From: Tortispora ganteri
Lineage: Eukaryota
Direction: 5' to 3'
NCBI GenBank assembly: GCA_003707115.1
Contig: PPNB01000019.1
Span: 124,001-164,833 of the forward strand
DNA length: 40,833 nt
The position numbers were made by a program, and so were the translations under genes. Each line of letters opens with the position of its first letter. Within the stretch, counting starts at the first letter, position 1. Below are positions 10,636 to 20,276 of the stretch, in pieces. The notes under the pieces were generated by a model, which saw only the letters and a program-made list of their open reading frames with translations, was not told the origin of the DNA and ran no database searches.

Positions 10636-10755
10636 AGATTGCAGCACCTACGATTCCACTGTGGTCTCCCACCAGAGTACTAAGCAGGCTCTCAGCAGCT
10701 TAACTACAGTTGATCGGACGGGGAACGGTGTTTTCTGCTGGATATGGCCGCAACC
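10636..10755 (-). rRNA. 5S rRNA gene, copy 1
   Basis: The reverse complement reads GGTTGCGGCCATATCCAGCAGAAAACACCGTTCCCCGTCCGATCAACTGTAGTTAAGCTG...GGTGCTGCAATCT (120 nt). It closely matches yeast 5S and is followed by a T5-A-T5 Pol III terminator. Confidence 0.97.
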
Positions 10756-10842
10756 GAAAGTAACTGCAATTTATGGATTAGAAGATGCTCCGCCGAATAA
10801 TTTCATATTAAAAATAATACAATTTACGCCAAAAACACAAAA

Positions 10843-10962
10843 AGATTGCAGCACCTACGATTCCACTGTGGTCTCCCACCAGAGTACTAAGCAGGCTCTC
10901 AGCAGCTTAACTACAGTTGATCGGACGGGGAACGGTGTTTTCTGCTGGATATGGCCGCAACC
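10843..10962 (-). rRNA. 5S rRNA gene, copy 2
   Basis: Identical 120-nt sequence, 207 bp from copy 1. It is followed on the minus strand by a T5-GTG-T5 terminator. Confidence 0.97.
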
Positions 10963-11216
10963 GAAATATTTTGTAATCTACAGAATATATACTGCATCTT
11001 TGTATTTAATTTAAATATATTATATTTTGCAAAATATCACATAATCTATTTTATGGAACTGTACGACAAGCTTAGTGCAATACAACTGCGAAGAATCGCT
11101 TAGATGGGCTGGCACGTAGAGAACTTAATAGATATTTTTTGTTGAAGTTGTAGGAGAATTGAGTAATCAAAGAAGCGATAGGTCGAAACTGATTAGACAT
11201 AGTCATATATCGTAAA

Positions 11217-12959
11217 TTATGTCATTGTTATAAAGCTGAGACCAGAACGAGCAATTTCAGCAGCTTTTAGAAGGCTTTGAGCATCATCATCGGTCCACTT
11301 AACTGTAAGACTTTCCCAAGGGACACCTGCATTGTACTCTTTCTTAAAACGACGTTGCTTTTCCAGTAAAGCGTTGAACCGTCGGGTATCGCCTGTGCCT
11401 GACAACAATATAATAGCTGAAGAAGGAGGCACGGATCTGATTATGATTGACAGTCTCCTATTGAGTGCTTCAAGAGCAGCGTTATATTCGTTGGACTCTA
11501 AAAGAGGAGTCACTTCCTCTTCAGTGATATTTGCAGCAGACATTCGTGAAGCTGACTCTACGTCGCGGAGTCGAGCGTAAACAACATCGTGCAAGCCTAG
11601 TACATGCACAACACCATCAACAACTTCATCGTCATTCGCACACGTTAAGGTAGCTTGTGCATATGGATACGATTTGTCAGGGTGACCGTAGTCAACAACG
11701 GCACAAGTTCTGTTACGCCCGCCGAGTCCTGGGCTACCGTCAGAGCTGCGGGCAGATATTTTTTTAAATATACTTTCTTCAAGGTCTAGAAACTGTCCAA
11801 AGGAGATATGTTTGCCGATCTTTTCTTTCGCCAAATTCACAGCGGCCAGGGCATCATCAATCGAGTCGTGGCCAGATATGTCTTGTTGAATTGTAATATT
11901 CAAAAACTTTTCAGCTAAGTATTTCAACGATGGCTTCATGTGAGAGCCTCTAGCATGGTGATACCTCACTGCTGTGTCTATGACTTTTGGGTGTCTGATT
12001 TTAAGAACATTTAAATCGCATTCTAAAGAATGGCCGATCAAAAAGTCATTTGCAGATACAATATTAAGCACTTTACTCTGAGCTTCTTCGAAAGTCAATG
12101 TAGCACCCTCTAATATTTCAGCAGTAATACCTGAGTATTTGGTGAGGTAGTCGGTAATGGGTTTGGTTGGTTTCACGAGTTCGTCTAGCAGGACTTTCCC
12201 CGAAACATCAACAATGGAAACCCTCGCTAAAATCTGTTCTGTTCCAGATAGACACATTTCACAGTCCAGACCAAGTATTTTTGGAGGCAATGGAGTATTG
12301 TTTTCAGTGAATAGCTCTGTATCATGCCAGTCTGTTGCGGTATCGTATTCACCAGCTAGGTCGGAGATTAGACCAGGGGTGGATGGGTGTATAGGGTAAT
12401 TGTGGGTGCGAAGTTCATCGATATTTAAGACGAGATCATTATAAGAGGCTTTTGGACCTACCTCTGCATCCTTCTTTTGCTGCGTACGCTCTGCTTTTGT
12501 CATTGGTGCAAACAAAAGCGCTGACGCAACGGGGACTAGACGTGTCTGAGCCCCAGGTCCTTTTGTAGGCCACAGGAAAGAAAACAAATTGGATATTGCC
12601 TGAAGTTGTGGAGGCACTTTTATTTCAGACATTGGAATAGGTGCTACCGGTGATGGATTATCATTTAGGCCGAATACGGGTAGAGTGAGTCCGCGAACGG
12701 ACAAGATCAAAGTGCGTTGAACATTTTGTCTGTTGGCGAGAGCCAAGAACTGAGGAGCAAGAGCTGTATTTGAGTTCAGGTACAGAATCAAGGTACGTAA
12801 ACTGCTCATAGATATCCTCGAAGATATGTGAGCTGGAACAACTGATATTGAGGGTTTACATTTAGCGAGTTTCTTCTGCTTCTTTTCTGTTCTTCTCCGT
12901 TTGCGGTTATTTAAAAGAGAGACAGTGAGAATCTCATCAGATTCCTCAGAGTCTGACAT
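11217..12959 (-). CDS. RNH70: RNA exonuclease 1 (DEDDh; Rex1/Rnh70/REXO5-like)
   Basis: Motifs LGLDCEMC, DYLTKYSGIT, IGHSLECDL, VIDTA and GHDSIDDA, plus a C-terminal WTDDD typical of fungal Rex1. The first ATG is at 12959; the track's start at 12998 is TTG. Confidence 0.88.
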   Translation of the reverse strand: MSDSEESDEILTVSLLNNRKRRRTEKKQKKLAKCKPSISVVPAHISSRISMSSLRTLILYLNSNTALAPQFLALANRQNVQRTLILSVRGLTLPVFGLNDNPSPVAPIPMSEIKVPPQLQAISNLFSFLWPTKGPGAQTRLVPVASALLFAPMTKAERTQQKKDAEVGPKASYNDLVLNIDELRTHNYPIHPSTPGLISDLAGEYDTATDWHDTELFTENNTPLPPKILGLDCEMCLSGTEQILARVSIVDVSGKVLLDELVKPTKPITDYLTKYSGITAEILEGATLTFEEAQSKVLNIVSANDFLIGHSLECDLNVLKIRHPKVIDTAVRYHHARGSHMKPSLKYLAEKFLNITIQQDISGHDSIDDALAAVNLAKEKIGKHISFGQFLDLEESIFKKISARSSDGSPGLGGRNRTCAVVDYGHPDKSYPYAQATLTCANDDEVVDGVVHVLGLHDVVYARLRDVESASRMSAANITEEEVTPLLESNEYNAALEALNRRLSIIIRSVPPSSAIILLSGTGDTRRFNALLEKQRRFKKEYNAGVPWESLTVKWTDDDAQSLLKAAEIARSGLSFITMT

Positions 12960-13197
12960 GACAAGAGAACTATGAAACAGCCTGGTGTATAACAACAACC
13001 AAGAGATCAGTAGTATACTAATGCAAAGACTGATTTTTGATAAAGGAAGTAAACCGTGGCCAAATGTGGCCTAGAAATTCAGAATGTGCCTAGTGAATAA
13101 GGTCCAATGTTGCAAAAGTTCGATGTCCCAACTCACTCACTGACTTCGCCAGCACCCAACCAATAAAACGACATACAAAAAGCTAAAGCAAACAAAG

Positions 13198-13574
13198 ATG
13201 ACTGGTAAGTATGAAGCAATGCGGTTGAATCGTCCGTATAATCGAACGATCATATGCTAAAAACCAATATAATAGATATTAACATCCAAAAATTAGGCAC
13301 TAAACACCCCTCATTTGAGAAAGTATCGTTTGACGATATCGATTATTCGAAACCCGGCGAGCTTTTGCAAGCTCAAGAATCAGTACTGCGTGAACAATGG
13401 CTGAGAGCGGAAGCATTCAGACAAATTCAAAATGTCCTAAGCCGATGCTACAGACAACAAAAGACAAATTCTCAGGAGAACTGCCGCGATATTGCCGAGA
13501 AATACCTCGAAATGCTACCGAAAAGCAACATCAACGGGTTCTTAGGTATCCAGAGAAACGATCCTTCTAAGTAA
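13198..13574 (+). CDS. NADH:ubiquinone oxidoreductase accessory subunit NDUFB10/NIDM-like, one intron
   Basis: REQWLRAE...LSRCYRQQKTNSQENCRDIAEKYLEML has the twin-Cys pattern. Exon 1 is ATG ACT G (13198-13204), the donor GTAAGT is at 13205, and in-frame acceptors end at 13296 or 13275. Confidence 0.82.
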
Positions 13575-13683
13575 CTTCCACATATACGAAACTTACGCAA
13601 ATAACATATATATACATGTATTATTTCTAGTTGTATAATTTTCTAGTTATTTCTCTCTGTCGAGAACTTCTAAATGTATCGTT

Positions 13684-14523
13684 CTAAATGTGGGCATGCT
13701 TGATGACATTAACCTCAGCCTTGCCATCGGCACCACGGCGGACTCCAAGTTCAAGCAGCTTAGCGAAGGCATTCGCAAAGTGTTCAAAAAACAAATCCTT
13801 GTCGGCAGCAAACTTCTCAACCCAGGTCTTGAAGGTAGGGTCATGGATAAGAGACAAATCCGTAGGCAGCATCATCAAGTCTTCGTCTTCGTTCATGAAC
13901 TGCTTCTTGCCGGCCTTAGTTGTGACTTCGTGCCACTCCTCATTTAACAACAGCTTGTAAAATGTGTTGGTGAATCGTGTCGGATTAGGTACCCATTGTC
14001 CATCGAATCCTGATCTATCAACATGACATCTTCCTAGGTTGTGAGCTCCTATTAAAGCGACAATTTCAGGATCGGTGAATCCCATGCGATAGAAGACTTC
14101 GCGCACATGGCTTTGTCCCTTAGCGCCATCTGGAAGGCGTCCATTTGGCGGTACATTCTTTTCATCGACGTAATCTATTCTTCCAGGTTGCCACTTAACT
14201 GAAGGTCCACCTAGCGCTTTTAGTGCTACAACTCCGCCTAGAGTCCACAAATCCGCATATGTAATCCACGGGAACTTGGCTTTGATCGGTTCCAAGAATG
14301 CGCGGGCATACTCAAGACCAGCGTTATCAGGATCTTTGCCTTCCAGGTCATATCTCATGGTTGCTCCATTAGAACCGCCAGTGCGTGTCTTCTTGTCGTA
14401 AGTTCCAGAAGAATGCCACGCCAGGCGAACAAGGACCGGTCCAATAGAACCGTCGTCGTAGTCTGGCTTGTCCAAAATTCCTGCAATAGCTTTAGCTACA
14501 GCATCATAGTCTCCTTCGGCCAT
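13684..14523 (-). CDS. CCP2: Class I heme peroxidase, non-mitochondrial cytochrome c peroxidase (CCP2-type)
   Basis: Motifs [36 protein letters not shown] and LMMLPTD. No mitochondrial presequence; ends -AHI. Confidence 0.9.
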   Translation of the reverse strand: MAEGDYDAVAKAIAGILDKPDYDDGSIGPVLVRLAWHSSGTYDKKTRTGGSNGATMRYDLEGKDPDNAGLEYARAFLEPIKAKFPWITYADLWTLGGVVALKALGGPSVKWQPGRIDYVDEKNVPPNGRLPDGAKGQSHVREVFYRMGFTDPEIVALIGAHNLGRCHVDRSGFDGQWVPNPTRFTNTFYKLLLNEEWHEVTTKAGKKQFMNEDEDLMMLPTDLSLIHDPTFKTWVEKFAADKDLFFEHFANAFAKLLELGVRRGADGKAEVNVIKHAHI

Positions 14524-15296
14524 TATTATATAATGGTCAATATAAGAGTAAATCGAGTTTTAGATAATCTATCGACCTTTTACTAAATATATATCGAATC
14601 TAAATTTGTGATGATTGCTCGTACTTATATATAAGTATCGGCGACCTTGTTTTCAGCCAATCACCTCGCTTTAAACACGCTAGCCGAGGCCCTGCATTCA
14701 TTTCCCCCACCGTTCATGTGACCCCAACTTAAGATCGGAGATCTATTTCGAATACATATAGCCTATCTAGTAGTCTTATATCCATCGTATAACAGCACAA
14801 TATATCAAAGTTTATAAAACTCATTGTGTTCTGCTAGTTTAGCCCCACTTACTCCTTGAAGACGCCTGACATTTCATCATAGCCGTCACATATGAACCCT
14901 TTGTTCTGATAGCCATTTACAAGGCTCCGGCCATAGTCACGGGACTTACCCCACACATATCTAAAGTTCTCCACCAATATCCAATATCCTTGCGCTCTTA
15001 TTGGCCACTATTTAAAACAAAATTACCTCGCCTGCTGTTGCAGATCACAACATTACAAAGCTTTCGGAGGTCCGTCTCTGCTTGCGTAATGAATAGATAT
15101 TGCCGAATCGATTACTTCGATCACAATCACTTACAATGCTTTTCGGGTATTCAAATATTGTTTCGTCCTAACTAAGGTTTTCCTATTCAGCCTGGCCTTG
15201 TGATTGTGTCGCAGGTGGTCTTATGACACACATCAATAAGTGCTATTTATTCGTATGAGATCGCATATTGCTTTGTGAGTATCCGTGACTATTACA

Positions 15297-16409
15297 ATGA
15301 GTGGGTTGTTTCCTAACTTGTCAACAAAAACTATAGAACTTGAAGATCCTAGAGCGTCAGCTTTGCAAGGTCCAAGTGCCTTCTGCGGACCTTCTTCTGA
15401 CAACAGCAACCTTGATTCGGCCAATCTGGTTGAAGCCCAGCTGCCAGTTATAGGGGAAAACTCCAAGTTAGCGAAGATAACCTCACATTTGACCAATTAC
15501 CTTCCTATGAAATTTCATGGATCGGTTTACTTCTTGATATTTCCCCCTGTTTTTGCTTACGTGGTCTTCAGCATAGTCATGACGGTTATCAACGAGAAAG
15601 TAGCAGATATAGGCGTATCTGACGCAGCTCTTTCTCCTTTGAGTGTCGTGGTCGGTCTGCTTTTAGTTTTCCGAAACCAGTCCAGTTACGACAGATTCTA
15701 CGAGGGTCGCAAACTGGTCTCCACAGTCGTGCTGAAAACTCGCACTTTGGCTACATATATCATTCACAATAGTCCAGAAAACCAACCATTAGATGAGGAA
15801 ACTATGAACGTTCTAAACGCTCTGATAGCTTTGCCTTTGGTCATCAAAGATACCATCAGATTGAGCTATGAGAACGACAAGGACTGGGTGCAACATATCC
15901 CTAAAGACCTTTTTGTCCTCAAGAACACTTCACCTCCTATTTCTTTGATACATTACATAGAAAGATATCTCACAAAGAGATCTCGACAGAACGTATTTGG
16001 CTATGATCCTTCAAGTCTCACATTTCTGAATTCTGCCCTGTACGAGATCCTTAGTGCATATTCTGGAATGCTTCGAATCGTTACTACCCCTCTTCCTAGA
16101 TGTTATAGTGTTCACGAAAGTCATATCTTGACCGCCTACTGCTGCTGCCTTCCATTTTTCTTTCTGTCAGAATACCACTATTTCACTATTCTTTTTGTTT
16201 TTGTTGTTGTCTTGACTTACTATTCCATTGATGGTATCTCTACTCAGCTTGAGGATCCATTCGGCAACGACTTCAACGATATTAAACTAGGTACTATATT
16301 CGGTCAACTATCTCGTGAACTTCAAGCATGGGTGGTATCTCGTCAGCATAATTATGACCTGAAATACTCTCCAGGGTATAAGTCCCCAGAATCTTCTGAA
16401 TCTCAATGA
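15297..16409 (+). CDS. Bestrophin-like anion channel (UPF0187/YneE family)
   Basis: Motifs GLLLVFRNQSSYDRFYEGRK, RIVTTPLP and QLEDPFGNDFNDI. The first ATG is at 15297; the true start is uncertain. Confidence 0.85.
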   Translation: MSGLFPNLSTKTIELEDPRASALQGPSAFCGPSSDNSNLDSANLVEAQLPVIGENSKLAKITSHLTNYLPMKFHGSVYFLIFPPVFAYVVFSIVMTVINEKVADIGVSDAALSPLSVVVGLLLVFRNQSSYDRFYEGRKLVSTVVLKTRTLATYIIHNSPENQPLDEETMNVLNALIALPLVIKDTIRLSYENDKDWVQHIPKDLFVLKNTSPPISLIHYIERYLTKRSRQNVFGYDPSSLTFLNSALYEILSAYSGMLRIVTTPLPRCYSVHESHILTAYCCCLPFFFLSEYHYFTILFVFVVVLTYYSIDGISTQLEDPFGNDFNDIKLGTIFGQLSRELQAWVVSRQHNYDLKYSPGYKSPESSESQ

Positions 16410-16801
16410 GAAATGCAAATAGTATTTTTCAATTCGGGATTTTTGCATTCTGAAAGTAGATTTACATGTACTGTCTCACATTTTATCAAGTGACTTTATG
16501 TGTAGCACTATAACTATAGTAGCGTACTTGAAGTAAGAGCGATTCTCATTTTTTTAAATATGGTGCAGCATCACTGTACGGCATTTAGTATTTCAATAAT
16601 AATAAGTAATAACTGAGTCTAAAATAATCGTTCAAAAATCAACGCATCGTTGAAGAACAATTCAACATTTCATTTCTTGTCTGCATCTTTCTTTGTAGGT
16701 CGTCCTTAGACCGTTAAACCAGTTTTCCCTCTAAGTTACCCGGCCTATAAACCTCTATTGAACCCGCTACACACGCAAATGGTTTCTTCTGCAGTAAGCC
16801 A

Positions 16802-19177
16802 ATGAGTGCGGAGCTTGTAACTCCTAGCTCTTATCTTTTAGCAGTATTATTAGTTATCTCGACTCTAGATGGTGCTCAATTTGTGTTTACTTGCCCGCCT
16901 TCTCCGTCAAACCACAACTTCAAGGCTGCTCCTAGTATTTACGAAGTATTAGCACAGACTGCCGCCGACTCTGACTCTGAATCTGATTTCTCTTCAGAAG
17001 AAGAGCCTGAAAATGTATTTGTAAGCATCAAATCTTCTTCTTCACTCAATATAGAAGACAGCAGACGGCATTCTGATACTTCAAATGGCGCATATATCTC
17101 AGAAACTCCACCTCAAACGGGATCCTTCACTTCTCATGACTCCAGACCTAAACTGGGATCGGAAGACGACAACTCTCGCGATTTCAACAATTTCGAGACT
17201 TCGGTTTTTGAAAAATCTAAATTTACTGACATATTGGGGTTTGACTCGCAGTTCTTAGGAGACACCCTTTCTCCACCGCCTAAACTATGCAACACGCGAT
17301 TTGAGCTCTGTATTGACGATATGGTGTTTCTTGGTCTCCCTGTACGTCCAATGACTGATGGCACCTGGAGTAGGTATAGATCTCGTCCAAATCCTGCACA
17401 GAAACCTGCTAGCGAAGACGAGGATGAGCATGAAATTATAAGTGATGATGCGGATAGCTCAGATAAGCAACACAACCGGAAAAGATCACTTCGTTCCATA
17501 AACATGTTCCATGTCGTATTTGTACTCAATCCTCCTGACCTGGAGTATCAGAAAAGATGTAATGAATTGTACCATTTCATTATTCGACACCTGGCCTCTG
17601 CGTTACGCAAAGAACAAGCTCGCTCTAACTATGTCTCTGAGCAAGTGGAACTCATTCTTTCCACTAGAGATTCGTTTCTTCGTAAGCGCGATAATGCTTT
17701 ACGAGAATATCGCCGAAGTAGAGCTGATGCTCCTAATGAACCTAACAAGGATTTACAAGCTTCTCTGGAAGAATATACCACAGATAATTTATGGGCTCGC
17801 ACTATACAAGCGTCTCAACTAGCATTTTCTCTTTCTCAGCTCTACACAGCCATTACTACCAACTCAATTGCAAATATAATGATCAACGAAACAATGCATG
17901 CATTTCAAATCCCTATTCAGACTCAATTCTCTAAGCTGCCCCTCATTCTTAATGTTATTCCTTCTGGCACTTACATTTCCTCAGTCTATCCGCTAGATAG
18001 GTCGCCTAATGCCTCTTCTGGCATTTCGTCTGATTTATATGGCCAACAAAGCGATTCAAGTATTACACGCACTCAGTGCCTTCTTAGCTGTGGCCATTTC
18101 GCACTTTTGCTTCTTGACGAACCGGAGAATATTATTCGCGATATCAACCCTGAGCCTGATTCGCCTGTAGTTTCTTTGATTCAGTCGGTTTACCCTACAG
18201 AGAGTCTAATCAAAATTGCCTCAGCAATGGATATTATCCTTGACGATGTGGTTGAATTAGCTGAGCATCTGATTTATTGGAGAAGAGCTCGCTGGATTAT
18301 GCCTCTCACACCAAGAGGTATATATATAGTTTCCCCTGCAGCTCCAATGAAAGAGATATACAAGCATGCTCCACTATTCAAAGATGCATTCCCTACGTTG
18401 CCTAACCTTCCTACATTGCTGTCACTTATCTCTCAACTTGGCACTGCGCCGTTCCATCGGGTGATTCCATCTCGCGATCACAGAGATCAATACCTTCAAG
18501 CCTTGGCCTGGCTTATAAGGTATGGATATGTTACGCGTTTATTTACCTTTGTTTGGATCCGGGTACCGCGAGATGTGAAGATTGAAGTTGCGAGACAAGT
18601 AAAAATGGCTCGCCGAGAGCTAGAGTCTAAAGATGACCCGAAGAAGCAGAAACAGAATCTCAATGTTCCATCTGAAAAGCTAGATGCTGTATCCATAGAT
18701 GACACTATTTCAGAAATTGCTTCTGAGCTGAGCTCTACAAAGCATGACGCTTCAAGCACGACCACAGGCCCTGTGCGCACTACGGGTACCAGTAGTCAGA
18801 GAGCTTTCAGTGGGAAATTAAAAGCCACAGAAGAAGTTACATCGTTGGTTACTAAAGCTGACAAGGAAGAAAATGAGCTTAAGGATCTGTTAGGAAACTT
18901 AACGTTTACTCAGAACCAACAGTTAGATGAGGCCACCGCGACAGAGTCGCTTCTTTTGGACCCAGCTCGTCCGACGATTATTCAAAAGCGCTGGCTGGCC
19001 AAAATGCTGGAAGGTAAACCGCCCGATATTGTTGCTTTGTTTAAGAAAGTGAGCAAGCATTTTAATGGGCGCGTGCCGTTGGAATGCATTCCTAAAGCGG
19101 AGAATATTAGCAGGCAGGATCTTCGCAGACTCATCACTGAGCTAGACACCGTCCTCATACTGAGCAGACATTGGTAA
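16802..19177 (+). CDS. NPR3: Nitrogen permease regulator 3 (SEACIT/GATOR1 subunit)
   Basis: Motifs LLAVLLVIST..G.QFVF, LCNTRFELCIDDMVFLGLP, FHVVFVLNPP, EQARSNYV, HLIYWRRA and IPSRDHR, ending RHW. Confidence 0.92.
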   Translation: MSAELVTPSSYLLAVLLVISTLDGAQFVFTCPPSPSNHNFKAAPSIYEVLAQTAADSDSESDFSSEEEPENVFVSIKSSSSLNIEDSRRHSDTSNGAYISETPPQTGSFTSHDSRPKLGSEDDNSRDFNNFETSVFEKSKFTDILGFDSQFLGDTLSPPPKLCNTRFELCIDDMVFLGLPVRPMTDGTWSRYRSRPNPAQKPASEDEDEHEIISDDADSSDKQHNRKRSLRSINMFHVVFVLNPPDLEYQKRCNELYHFIIRHLASALRKEQARSNYVSEQVELILSTRDSFLRKRDNALREYRRSRADAPNEPNKDLQASLEEYTTDNLWARTIQASQLAFSLSQLYTAITTNSIANIMINETMHAFQIPIQTQFSKLPLILNVIPSGTYISSVYPLDRSPNASSGISSDLYGQQSDSSITRTQCLLSCGHFALLLLDEPENIIRDINPEPDSPVVSLIQSVYPTESLIKIASAMDIILDDVVELAEHLIYWRRARWIMPLTPRGIYIVSPAAPMKEIYKHAPLFKDAFPTLPNLPTLLSLISQLGTAPFHRVIPSRDHRDQYLQALAWLIRYGYVTRLFTFVWIRVPRDVKIEVARQVKMARRELESKDDPKKQKQNLNVPSEKLDAVSIDDTISEIASELSSTKHDASSTTTGPVRTTGTSSQRAFSGKLKATEEVTSLVTKADKEENELKDLLGNLTFTQNQQLDEATATESLLLDPARPTIIQKRWLAKMLEGKPPDIVALFKKVSKHFNGRVPLECIPKAENISRQDLRRLITELDTVLILSRHW

Positions 19178-19513
19178 GCTGTTATATTTGAATTAGTTGA
19201 AATATAAAAGTGATTTTATGTTCGATCAGTTATGGCTATAGTGCTCTATCGATGTTGCTTCAAACTCATGCTTGGTTGAACCTATTAGAGTTTGCTTACA
19301 TCCATCCTTCTACCTTTCGATTCACTATTGTTACATCCAACGAAATAGTTGATCTGATGCGATAACTTAACAAGTATCAGCATAATATATTTCTAGTGTT
19401 TAATTTTATTTGACATATATATTTGAATCTTATAATATCTACGGTCGAATATACCCCGACTTAATTTAGATAGTTTATATTGGTTTGTTTGATTGAACAG
19501 TGTCACTATCATA

Positions 19514-20161
19514 ATGACTACCAGCGATACTCCGCCACCATTACCACCATTACCTAGCTCTGGAGAGCATACAACGGGCACTAACACTCCTAAGACTTCT
19601 GAACCTAGTTTTATAACATTATCAGCATATCCTACACCTTCTGCGCCTTTACCAACTGAAGTCCTGGCTGCTCCGAAAGAAGATCTCCAAACTATACTAG
19701 ACTCAACCTTTTTGCAGGATGCCTTGATATACTGTCAACATCCTCTGTCAAAAGGTGAATTAGACAAACCTGCTGAGATACTGCTAGAAGACGCGCTAAA
19801 GAGATCACAAGCGCTAGAACAACAGCGAGAATCTCTGAAAGAGCTTCATCGGCGTGTAACTGCTGCCGCTCTCGAAGCAAAAGAAGCGGAAAATGAATGG
19901 CAAAAATGCGAAAAGGAAATGTACATAGCATTAAGAAAATGTGGAGGTAGTGCATTGAGTCAGAAACTTAGTGCCGGGGTGGCCGAAAGCGAACGCATTT
20001 GCGAAGGCCTGTCTGCTAGCTTTCTGGAGTCTAACGTTGGATCTGACGACATAATATCTTTTATACGCGATTATCGACGAGAGAGGCAACTTTTCTATTT
20101 ACGGCAGGAACGTAAACAACGATGGGATGAAGAAAGAGTGGCAGGAAGATCAACTTACTAG
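19514..20161 (+). CDS. VPS37: ESCRT-I subunit Vps37/Srn2-like (Mod_r domain)
   Basis: Pro-rich N-terminus, coiled coil, and C-terminal SERICEGL...FIRDYRRERQLFYLRQERKQRW. ATG at 19514. Confidence 0.78.
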   Translation: MTTSDTPPPLPPLPSSGEHTTGTNTPKTSEPSFITLSAYPTPSAPLPTEVLAAPKEDLQTILDSTFLQDALIYCQHPLSKGELDKPAEILLEDALKRSQALEQQRESLKELHRRVTAAALEAKEAENEWQKCEKEMYIALRKCGGSALSQKLSAGVAESERICEGLSASFLESNVGSDDIISFIRDYRRERQLFYLRQERKQRWDEERVAGRSTY

Positions 20162-20276
20162 CCTACGCTGACTGAATTGCTATAACTAGAATGCAGCAAT
20201 GTTTGTGACAAAGCGTAATTATTGTAGCCTAAAGACCGGAGCTTGACTATAATGCTAAAATGGAGAATTTGAGCCA

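Noticed and set aside
10661..11014. 117-aa ORF with an internal duplication
   Set aside because: It is an antisense translation of the two 5S genes and has a GTG start.
10963..11216. Yarrowia-style dicistronic tRNA-5S gene
   Set aside because: No cloverleaf or A/B boxes are visible upstream of either 5S copy.
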